Shown piece after piece: positions 1 through 7,941 of a DNA stretch of 26,984 nt. Position numbers and translations under genes: made by a program. Location of the stretch: assembly GCA_046048755.1 (NCBI GenBank), contig JBJOFM010000105.1, positions 1 through 26,984 on the forward strand, in the 5' to 3' direction. How positions within the stretch are numbered: the first letter of the stretch is position 1; every line of letters begins with the position of its first letter. The notes below the pieces were generated by a model. The model was not told the origin of the DNA. It did not search any database and worked only from the letters and a program-made list of their open reading frames with translations. The DNA is from Bacteroidota bacterium (GTDB lineage Bacteria; Bacteroidota; Bacteroidia; NS11-12g; UBA955).

Positions 1-2127
1 AAGACGAAGCCCTCGACTACCGCTAATTCCACAGCGACAGTTTCTAATGGGGTTACTTCCAAAAATGTAGGCGCAGCAATCAATGCCCAAGAATTGGAAA
101 AACGATTGGCTTCCTATAAAAAAGTAAAATTAACTACGGATACTTCTTTGCTGTCGGCGGCCGAGCGCAAGTGCATTACTCATTTGATGAAAGCGGCCGA
201 ATATGCAGATCGAATTTTTTGGAAGCAAACCATCGGCCCGAAAGAGGAATTTTTGTCCAACATCAAGGATACCAATCAGCGAAAGTTTGCAGCCATTAAT
301 TATGGTCCCTGGGACCGATTAAATAACGATAAGCCGTTTATTTCAGGGTATGGAGTTAAGCCGGCGGGTGCCCAGTTTTATGTAGAAGGTTTTTCTACGA
401 AATTAGTAAAAGACACCCTGTTAATGCGGGATGTTTTGTCGCCATACACGCTGATCAAAAAGTACGAAATGCCCAAACCTCCTCCGCCAATGAAGCCCGG
501 TGCCGATGCTATGCCTATGGATCCCATGGATATGGAATTGCCTAATCCGGGAATGCCGATGGAAGGCACGGATGGACAGCAATATGCGATTCAAAAATAC
601 AGCGAAGCCTATCGCAAAGAAATCATGAAAATTGTAATGCATCTAAATGAAGCTGCAATAGCAATAGAGGCTGAGGATAAAGATTTTGCGGAGTATTTGC
701 GTATGCGTAGCGGTGGATTGATGATGGACGATTATATCATGAGTGACATTCAATGGCTTGGATTAAAATCGCACTTAGACATTGTAATTGGCCCAATCGA
801 AAATTATGAAGATAAATTAACCGGACAGAAGACTTCCTATGAATCTTACGTTTTGGTTCGCGATATGGAATGGGGTAAGCGATTGGAGAAGTACGTTGCC
901 ATGTTGCCGTCGCTACAAGCGGGTCTTCCCGTGGATCCAAAGTACAAACCGGTTTTGAACAGCGGTTCGGATGCAACATCTGTAGGAGAAATTATCCAGA
1001 AAGATGGATTTCCGCCGATGCAAAAGCCAGCTCAGGCAATGAGTTCGTTGGCTGTTTTTGATGTGGTTTATTATGGTGGGGATTGCAATTCGGGTAGTAA
1101 AACGATTGCCGTGAATTTGCCGAACGATGAAACGATTCAGGAAAATTTTGGAACCCGTAGGTCGCAGTTGAAGAACACCATGAAAGCGAAGTTCGATCAC
1201 ATTGTTGTGCCGATTTCGAAATTGGTAATCGCGCCGGAGCAGCAGAAACATATCACCTTTGATGCATTTTTTAATAACGTGATGTTTCACGAAGTAGCTC
1301 ATGGATTGGGGGTTAAATACGTTGTAACAAATTCGGGCAAATCCACTGTATCCGACAACAACTCCGGTGGCAAGACCATCCGAGAGGCATTGGGAGTGCA
1401 TTACTCTGCTTTGGAAGAATGCAAGGCCGATGTGCTGGGCTTGTACATGGTTACCGAGTTATTTGATAAAAAAGAATTGGGTGGTAAGTTGGATGATTAC
1501 TATGTGACCTTTGTGGCGTCTGTTTTCAGAAGCGTTCGATTTGGTGCTTCTTCCGCTCATGGCAAAGCGAACATGATAACATTTAATACCTTGTTGGAGC
1601 GCGGTGCAATTGCTTATACAGCGAATGCTAACGGTGGATATTATACGGTGAATGTTGCGAAGATGCGAAGTGCAATTGCCGGCTTGGCGGGAGCATTATT
1701 GCAGGTTCAAGGCGATGGTGATCCAATCAAAGCAGCGGATATGTTAAATTCTTTGGGGAATATCCGAGAAGGGTTAGCCGCTGATTTGAAGCGAATTGAA
1801 GCAGCTTCAATTCCCGTTGATTTGGTATTTGACCAGGGTATTTCTACCTTGGGATTGGATAAATATTTTGATGATCCCGAAGTGAAGATGCGCGAATGGG
1901 CAAAACAGCAACAACAACGCGGAGGAATGAACGGGAACGGAATGAATGGAGGAATGAACGGTGGAATGAATGGAAATGGTATGGGTATGCCCGGGGGACC
2001 CAGTAAAGGGCCGAATGGAATGGGGAATCCTTCTCCTGGAGGGAATCCAGTGGGTAAGCCCGGTCAGCCTCCTGTGCCAACAGCACCCCCTGCTGGGAAT
2101 AATCCTCCTGCAAAAGTTAAGAAATAA
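1..2127 (+). CDS. Peptidase family M49 (dipeptidyl-peptidase III-like, HExxH pentapeptide type); 5'-partial
   Basis: Zn motif FHEVAHGLG plus second motif EECKAD; conserved-looking IGPIENYEDKL, KTIAVNLPNDE and SSAHGKANM segments. Frame +1 is open from base 1 (KTKPSTTANSTATVSNG...), so the true start lies upstream of the window and TTG at 94 is not the start. Stop TAA at 2125-2127. Confidence 0.85.
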   Translation, partial: KTKPSTTANSTATVSNGVTSKNVGAAINAQELEKRLASYKKVKLTTDTSLLSAAERKCITHLMKAAEYADRIFWKQTIGPKEEFLSNIKDTNQRKFAAINYGPWDRLNNDKPFISGYGVKPAGAQFYVEGFSTKLVKDTLLMRDVLSPYTLIKKYEMPKPPPPMKPGADAMPMDPMDMELPNPGMPMEGTDGQQYAIQKYSEAYRKEIMKIVMHLNEAAIAIEAEDKDFAEYLRMRSGGLMMDDYIMSDIQWLGLKSHLDIVIGPIENYEDKLTGQKTSYESYVLVRDMEWGKRLEKYVAMLPSLQAGLPVDPKYKPVLNSGSDATSVGEIIQKDGFPPMQKPAQAMSSLAVFDVVYYGGDCNSGSKTIAVNLPNDETIQENFGTRRSQLKNTMKAKFDHIVVPISKLVIAPEQQKHITFDAFFNNVMFHEVAHGLGVKYVVTNSGKSTVSDNNSGGKTIREALGVHYSALEECKADVLGLYMVTELFDKKELGGKLDDYYVTFVASVFRSVRFGASSAHGKANMITFNTLLERGAIAYTANANGGYYTVNVAKMRSAIAGLAGALLQVQGDGDPIKAADMLNSLGNIREGLAADLKRIEAASIPVDLVFDQGISTLGLDKYFDDPEVKMREWAKQQQQRGGMNGNGMNGGMNGGMNGNGMGMPGGPSKGPNGMGNPSPGGNPVGKPGQPPVPTAPPAGNNPPAKVKK
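1924..1974 (+). repeat. Coding tandem repeat GGAATGAAYGG x4 (Gly-Met-Asn-Gly) in the M49 C-terminal tail
   Basis: Copies start at 1924, 1939, 1951 and 1963, with 12-15 nt periodicity. They translate as GMNGN-GMNG-GMNG-GMNG. Confidence 0.9.
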
Positions 2128-2188
2128 GAAAGTAAAGGAATTTTAAATAGTTTTTGAATAGTTCGTCGTTTATAGTAAAGTAGTTTTT

Positions 2189-4432
2189 ATGAAGTTAAAT
2201 CGTTGGGTGGTATTAACCACCACTACCAGTGTACTGGCATTATTTGTTTTTTGTAGCAATAAAAAATCAACCGGTTCGGACGGCTTTTTTGGCCATTTGA
2301 TGGGGGTTTTACAATATGCACATTATCAACCCAAAGAGGTGGATGACAGTCTATCGGCCAAGGTATATGAGAATTTGCTAGGTCAACTGGATAGAACGAA
2401 ACATTTCTTTACTCAAGAAGATTTAAAGGAATTATCGGCGCACAAATATTCAATCGACGATCAGATTAAAGCAGGGAGATTTGATTTTTTTGATAAAACT
2501 TGGAACACGCTGCATAAACGTATCGATGTACTCCAGCCCTTTATCGAATCGGAATTGAGTAAACCTTATTCCTACAATAGCAATGAAGAATATGTATTGG
2601 AGGATGAGCCACAGAACTATATGGTTAACGAGGCAGCTTTGCTAGAGGATTGGAAACGTTGGTTGAAATTTCAGTCGCTGGAACGACTTTCAAGAAAAAT
2701 GGAAAGTCAGAAGAAGATGAAAGACTCTGCATCGGCCAGCAAGATTAAACCCTTTGATACTTTGGAATTGAGTGCTCGTAACGAGACGAAAAAATTCTAT
2801 GCGGATTGGTTTAAACGATTGAAAAAAATGGATCGTAGGGATCAAATCGCCATGTATGCCAACGCAATTTCGGAGGTGTACGATCCTCATACTGAGTATT
2901 TTCCACCCGAGGATAAGGATAATTTCGACATTGGAATGACCGGTAAATTGGAAGGAATTGGCGCTACATTAACAGAAAGAGACGGATATATTAAGGTTGA
3001 ACGTATTGTGCCTGGCAGTGCAAGTTATCGTCAGGGAGAACTGAAAGCCGGGGATTTAATTTTAAAGGTAGCTCAAGGATCGGCAGAACCGGTGGATGTA
3101 GTGGATATGAAGTTGGATGACGCTATTCAGTTAATTCGTGGCAAAAAAGGCACGGAAGTTCGACTAACAGTGAAGAAACCCGATGGAAAAACGCAGGTTA
3201 TTCCAATTATTCGCGAGGTAGTAGTGATTGAGGATACCTATGCCCGAAGTGCCATTATTAATTATCAGGGTCTTTCGTTGGGGTTGATTCAATTGCCGAG
3301 TTTTTATGCAGATTTTTCAACCCGAGGCAGAGGTAGGCATTCCAGTGAGGATGTTCGATTGGAGATTGAGAAATTGAAAGAGGCGGGCGTAAAGGGTATT
3401 ATTTTGGATTTGCGTAATAATGGGGGTGGAAGTTTGCAGGATGCTATTGATATGGGCGGATTGTTTATTCCACAAGGTCCAATTGTTCAGGTGAAGGATG
3501 CGCGTGGGGTGGAAGTGTACTCAGATAGAGACCCAGCCGTAAATTATAGCGGACCTTTGGTTGTATTGGTAAATACCTACAGCGCCAGCGCAAGCGAAAT
3601 TTTGGCCGCCGCCATGCAAGATTATAATCGGGCAATTATCATCGGAACGAAAAGTACCTTTGGAAAAGGTACGGTGCAAACCTTTGTGCCATTAGAGGGT
3701 GGTGTTACCGATGTGTTTCCAAGAGGATATGGTCAATTGAAGGTTACCATTCAAAAGTTTTATCGAATTAACGGGGGAACCACGCAGTTGATGGGGGTAG
3801 TTCCTGATGTGATACTTCCTGATTTGTACGATGGTATCGAGCAAGGGGAAAAAGAAATGGATTATCATTTGGCTTATGATAAGATTCCGTCTGCCGTTTA
3901 CAGTGCATTTAATCCGTATAAAGAAGACAGAAGAAAGTTGGCGATAAAACAAACCAATGCGAAAAAAGGTGGATCGGAATATTTTGGATTGGTGACGAAT
4001 CGATCTGTAGAATTGGCTAAACAGCGTAAATCATACACGTATTCGTTGAATTTGGAGAAGTTTGAAAAGCAGCAAGAGACTTTGAGAAATCAGGACAAAC
4101 CATTGAAAGATTTTAAATATAAAACAGTGGCCGATACCATTATGCCTTTGGCAGTGGATATGGATGCGGTGAAGGGAGATAAAACCAAGGAAGCGTTGAA
4201 ATTGGATTGGTTAAAGCGATACAAAGAGGATGCAGTTTTTGATATGGGACTGTTTGCTATGAGTGATTGGATTGGTGAGTCGCCAGCAACAAATACGGAT
4301 CCAAAGAAAAAATCGAATAAAAAGGAATCGAAAAAGCCATCGGCCAAAAAACAAAGCAGCGGTAAAACGGAATCAAAACCGTCACCCAAGAAAGCTCCTG
4401 TGAAGGCCGCTACACCTGTTTCTCCGATGTAG
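2189..4432 (+). CDS. prc: Carboxy-terminal processing protease (S41A, Prc/Tsp-type) with PDZ domain
   Basis: YDPHTEYF and PDZ GKLEGIGA...IRGKKGTEVRL. DLRNNGGGSL motif; catalytic SASASEI (Ser) and FGKGTVQ (Lys); KFYRINGGTTQ..GVVPD. The ~750 aa length matches long Prc-type enzymes. Hydrophobic N-terminus. Confidence 0.92.
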   Translation: MKLNRWVVLTTTTSVLALFVFCSNKKSTGSDGFFGHLMGVLQYAHYQPKEVDDSLSAKVYENLLGQLDRTKHFFTQEDLKELSAHKYSIDDQIKAGRFDFFDKTWNTLHKRIDVLQPFIESELSKPYSYNSNEEYVLEDEPQNYMVNEAALLEDWKRWLKFQSLERLSRKMESQKKMKDSASASKIKPFDTLELSARNETKKFYADWFKRLKKMDRRDQIAMYANAISEVYDPHTEYFPPEDKDNFDIGMTGKLEGIGATLTERDGYIKVERIVPGSASYRQGELKAGDLILKVAQGSAEPVDVVDMKLDDAIQLIRGKKGTEVRLTVKKPDGKTQVIPIIREVVVIEDTYARSAIINYQGLSLGLIQLPSFYADFSTRGRGRHSSEDVRLEIEKLKEAGVKGIILDLRNNGGGSLQDAIDMGGLFIPQGPIVQVKDARGVEVYSDRDPAVNYSGPLVVLVNTYSASASEILAAAMQDYNRAIIIGTKSTFGKGTVQTFVPLEGGVTDVFPRGYGQLKVTIQKFYRINGGTTQLMGVVPDVILPDLYDGIEQGEKEMDYHLAYDKIPSAVYSAFNPYKEDRRKLAIKQTNAKKGGSEYFGLVTNRSVELAKQRKSYTYSLNLEKFEKQQETLRNQDKPLKDFKYKTVADTIMPLAVDMDAVKGDKTKEALKLDWLKRYKEDAVFDMGLFAMSDWIGESPATNTDPKKKSNKKESKKPSAKKQSSGKTESKPSPKKAPVKAATPVSPM

Positions 4433-4440
4433 GATTCTTG

Positions 4441-5154
4441 TTAATCCTTCCAAAGGGGGATAAACAGCGCGGAAGCAAGAACAAGTATTAGGAAATCTAA
4501 TGCGCCTACCAGGGCGATGTCTTTCCAAACGCTGCTCACCAATACCGGGTTAATGGTTTTGTTTGATGCCTTCATGCCAACCAAAATGATGGGCAAAATT
4601 ACTGGCAAACTTAGCACGGGAGCTAAGAATCCTGCTTGATTGGCTTTGGATGCAATTGCGCCGATGAGTGTAAATACAAAACTGATTCCTGCGGTAACCA
4701 ATAGTAGGTTAGTAAAATACGCCTGTATATGTTGAATGGGAAAGCCCATGAAAAACCCGAACAACAACAAATTTATTAGGGTTAGCATTAGCATTGTTAC
4801 AATGCCGTACAGCATTTTAGACCATAGAATTAGCGTGGGTGAAGCTAATTGATTGTAATAAATCCAACGCGATCGGTTGATTCCTAAGAAATTTTTGGAA
4901 ACGGCTTGCAAAGTGCAAAGTATAAGAACCAACCAAAATAAACTGTTCCAGATTTTGGGAGTGATGTGCGGCTGGGTTAGAAATGACAACAGGGCCATTG
5001 CCGCGATTTGCAGTCCTGCCGCTGCAATTACAGCAGGTTTTTTTAAGTCCATAGCCCATTCGGACTTGATTAAAGTGATCAGTGTTTTGATGCCGTGAAA
5101 CTTTGGCTTTGAAGCGGGGTTAGAGGAAGAGTAGTTTCGGCTGTTGTCTGACAT
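4441..5154 (-). CDS. ccmB: Heme exporter protein B (cytochrome c maturation system I ABC permease)
   Basis: About six TM segments. Motifs LIKSEW, WNSLFW, WIYYNQL and GFLAPVLSLPVILPII resemble CcmB-family signatures as I recall them. Confidence 0.78.
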   Translation of the reverse strand: MSDNSRNYSSSNPASKPKFHGIKTLITLIKSEWAMDLKKPAVIAAAGLQIAAMALLSFLTQPHITPKIWNSLFWLVLILCTLQAVSKNFLGINRSRWIYYNQLASPTLILWSKMLYGIVTMLMLTLINLLLFGFFMGFPIQHIQAYFTNLLLVTAGISFVFTLIGAIASKANQAGFLAPVLSLPVILPIILVGMKASNKTINPVLVSSVWKDIALVGALDFLILVLASALFIPLWKD

Positions 5155-5238
5155 GGATAGTTGGAAAATTCTATCGGTGCGATTGCTTTGCGAAGGTATG
5201 CAATATTTTGTGCAATGCTTACGATATTTGTGGCATCT

Positions 5239-6762
5239 ATGTTTACCAAGATATTAATTGCTAATCGGGGTGAAATTGCCATCCGTGTAATGAGAACTTG
5301 CAGAGAAATGGGCATTCAAACCGTTGCTATTTACAGCGAAGCGGATAAAAATGCAATGCATGTTCGCTATGCAGATGAAGCGTATTGTGTGGGTGGACCG
5401 GCTAGTGCCGATAGTTATCTTCGGATGGATAAAATCATAGAATTGTGTAAACAGACTGGGGCTCAAGCGGTACATCCTGGGTATGGATTTTTAAGTGAGA
5501 ATGCCAAATTTGCGAATCTTTTAAAGGATAATGGAATCGTGCTTATCGGTCCTACGGCTGCTGCCATGGAGGTGATGGGAAGTAAAATTGCATCGAAGCA
5601 AGCGGTAAAAGAATTTGGCGTGCCCTTGGTGCCTGGAATTGACGAAGCAATAAAAGATGCCGATGCGGCGTTGCAGGTGGCAAAAGAAGTAGGTTTCCCT
5701 GTTTTAGTCAAAGCCAGTGCAGGTGGTGGTGGAAAAGGAATGCGTGTTGTGGAGCGAGAAGAAGATTTTTTAAGCAGTTTAACCATGGCGCAAAACGAAG
5801 CTCGTAGTGCATTTGGTGACGATAGTGTTTTTATTGAAAAGTATGTTGGCTCTCCTAGGCATATTGAGTTTCAGATAATGGCCGATTCGTTTGGTAATGT
5901 TTGTCATTTATTTGAACGGGAGTGTAGTATACAGCGTAGACACCAGAAATTGGTGGAAGAGGCACCCAGTGCCGTATTGAGCGAATCGCTGAGGGCAAAG
6001 ATGGGAGAAGCAGCGGTTAATGTAGCGAGAGCCTGCAATTACACTGGAGCAGGAACGGTTGAATTTTTGCTTGGGGATGCAGATTCTTTCTATTTTTTAG
6101 AAATGAATACCCGTTTGCAAGTGGAACATCCCGTTACAGAAATGATAACCGGAATCGATTTAGTGAAAGAGCAAATACAAGTTGCCTTTGGAATGCCGTT
6201 GTCCTTTGAACAAAAAGATCTCGCTATCAACGGCCATGCCATTGAGTTGCGAATATGTGCAGAAGATCCAGCCAATCAATTTTTGCCCAACGTGGGAACC
6301 GTAGAGACCTACAAAATTCCTCAAGGTCCTGGGGTAAGGGTAGATGATTGTATGGAAAGCGGAATGGAAATTCCAATTTATTACGATAATATGCTGGCAA
6401 AACTCGTTGTATGGGGTGAAAACAGGGAGACTGCTATTGCGAGAATGCGCAGAGCAATTGCCGAATATAAAATTACCGGAATTGAAACTACCTTGATGTT
6501 TGGGGATTTTGTTATGCAGCATCCAGCATTCTTGGAGGGTAATTTCGATACGCATTTTATTCAACACCATTTTACCGGTAAGGAATTAGAAGCCAAGACG
6601 TTGCCCGCAGATATTGCTGAAGCCTTGGCTGTGGCAGCCGTTCATTGGTACGGCGCTACGGGTAAGGGAGAATCGGTTGCCATGGAAGCTACACATTCCT
6701 CTGATTCTATAACCAATAAACCAAGCGATTGGTATTTAAGTCGACGTAATTTCAGAGATTAA
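5239..6762 (+). CDS. accC: Biotin carboxylase subunit of acetyl-/propionyl-CoA carboxylase
   Basis: Starts MFTKILIANRGEIA (ATG at 5239, not TTG at 5161). Contains HPGYGFLSEN, KASAGGGGKGMR, ERECSIQRRHQK, FLEMNTRLQVEHPVTE and RICAEDP. No biotinyl domain is fused. Acetyl- versus propionyl-CoA specificity cannot be resolved. Confidence 0.92.
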   Translation: MFTKILIANRGEIAIRVMRTCREMGIQTVAIYSEADKNAMHVRYADEAYCVGGPASADSYLRMDKIIELCKQTGAQAVHPGYGFLSENAKFANLLKDNGIVLIGPTAAAMEVMGSKIASKQAVKEFGVPLVPGIDEAIKDADAALQVAKEVGFPVLVKASAGGGGKGMRVVEREEDFLSSLTMAQNEARSAFGDDSVFIEKYVGSPRHIEFQIMADSFGNVCHLFERECSIQRRHQKLVEEAPSAVLSESLRAKMGEAAVNVARACNYTGAGTVEFLLGDADSFYFLEMNTRLQVEHPVTEMITGIDLVKEQIQVAFGMPLSFEQKDLAINGHAIELRICAEDPANQFLPNVGTVETYKIPQGPGVRVDDCMESGMEIPIYYDNMLAKLVVWGENRETAIARMRRAIAEYKITGIETTLMFGDFVMQHPAFLEGNFDTHFIQHHFTGKELEAKTLPADIAEALAVAAVHWYGATGKGESVAMEATHSSDSITNKPSDWYLSRRNFRD

Positions 6763-6774
6763 TTTCGCTGCTAA

Positions 6775-7773
6775 ATGAACCAGTTATCGGATTCGGTTTT
6801 AATTATAGATGATGTACATGGTTCGTTGCTAGAAGGATTGAAGCAATCGGGAATAAACGTTTTTTATCGACCCGAAATCAAACCATCGGAAGTTGAAGAG
6901 ACCTGCATAGAATTGGCGATTTCTGGATTGGTGGTTCGAAGTAAATTGCGATTAACGGAAGCATTTTTTAGCAAGGTAAGCGGTACCTTGAAATGGGTAG
7001 GAAGAGCCGGTGCGGGTTTAGACAATATTGATCTAGCTGCTGCAGAAAACCATGGCATTTATTGTTTTAACTCTGGAGAGGCCAATTCGGTGTCTGTGGG
7101 AGAGCAAACGGTAGGGATGTTGCTGAGTTTGTTGCACAATTTGGGAAAGGGGAATGCGGAGGTGAGAAGTGGAGTTTGGGATAGAGAAGGCAATCGGGGT
7201 AGGGAGTTGAAAAGTATGGTGGTAGGAGTACTGGGGTATGGGAATACGGGTACGGCAGTTGCAGAAAGATTGCGAGCATTTGGGTGTCAAATTATTGCCG
7301 TTGATAAATACAAAAAAGGGTTTGCTCCGAGGTGGGATTCTGTATTGGCAAGTTGTAACAATGAATCCGGAGTAGGAGCTATTTTCGAAGGTACTTGGGA
7401 AGATCTTTTTGTCCATTCCGATGTGTTAACGTTGCATGTACCCCTAACCGAAGAAACGCGTTTTATCTTCAATAATTCAAGCACTGATAGTTTTGCTAAG
7501 CCCTTGTGGTTGTTGAATTTAAGCCGAGGAGAGGTGGTGGAAACCTCTGCGGTAGTAAACGGGTTGCAAACGGGAAAAATTTTGGGATTTGCTGCGGATG
7601 TTCTGGAAATAGAACCGCCATTTAATCAATTGGGAGCTTTTGATGAATTACTTAATTTTTCTAATGTCATTTTTTCGCCACATGTAGGGGGCTGGACCGT
7701 GGAGAGTTACCGCAAGATTTCCGAAGTGATTTTATCGAAAGTATTAGATTATTATGGGGTTAAGGACAATTAA
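6775..7773 (+). CDS. D-isomer-specific 2-hydroxyacid dehydrogenase (phosphoglycerate dehydrogenase-like, no ACT domain)
   Basis: RAGAGLDNID, Rossmann GVLGYGNTG, TLHVPLT, NLSRG (Arg), DVLEIE (Glu) and SPHVGG (His) catalytic set. Confidence 0.88.
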   Translation: MNQLSDSVLIIDDVHGSLLEGLKQSGINVFYRPEIKPSEVEETCIELAISGLVVRSKLRLTEAFFSKVSGTLKWVGRAGAGLDNIDLAAAENHGIYCFNSGEANSVSVGEQTVGMLLSLLHNLGKGNAEVRSGVWDREGNRGRELKSMVVGVLGYGNTGTAVAERLRAFGCQIIAVDKYKKGFAPRWDSVLASCNNESGVGAIFEGTWEDLFVHSDVLTLHVPLTEETRFIFNNSSTDSFAKPLWLLNLSRGEVVETSAVVNGLQTGKILGFAADVLEIEPPFNQLGAFDELLNFSNVIFSPHVGGWTVESYRKISEVILSKVLDYYGVKDN

Positions 7774-7801
7774 TTATTAAAATTTGTCTATTAATTGTCA
7801 T

Positions 7802-7838
7802 GGAAATGTTCCCTGCCAAGAAACATTTCCTATTTTTT
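7802..7838 (+). terminator. Probable intrinsic terminator after the accC-dehydrogenase pair
   Basis: 9-bp inverted repeat GGAAATGTT (7802-7810) / AACATTTCC (7822-7830) with an 11-nt loop, followed by TATTTTTT. Confidence 0.55.
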
Positions 7839-7851
7839 CCATCCCAAATTC

Positions 7852-7882
7852 TTGGTAAATCCTTGATTTTTGGGTAAAATTG
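7852..7882 (+). promoter_or_regulatory. Candidate Bacteroidota housekeeping promoter for the TBDR operon
   Basis: TTG (7852-7854)-N20-TAAAATTG (7875-7882), one mismatch to the TAnnTTTG -7 element. It lies about 60 nt upstream of ATG 7942. Confidence 0.35.
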
Positions 7883-7941
7883 CCAAATTATCGATGAACT
7901 ATATCAAAGTCATCGATGAAAGAAATTTACGAAAACTAACT

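Noticed and set aside
94-96. TTG start for the M49 peptidase given by the ORF track
   Set aside because: The frame is open from base 1 with a plausible T/S/N-rich linker. The real start and any signal peptide lie upstream of the window.
5161-5238. 26-aa N-terminal extension of biotin carboxylase from TTG 5161
   Set aside because: The family starts at M(F)xKILIANRGEIA (ATG 5239). The extension would fill the divergent promoter region shared with ccmB.
7870-7941. Longer TBDR start at TTG 7870
   Set aside because: A clean signal peptide begins at ATG 7942, and the extension overlaps the candidate promoter.
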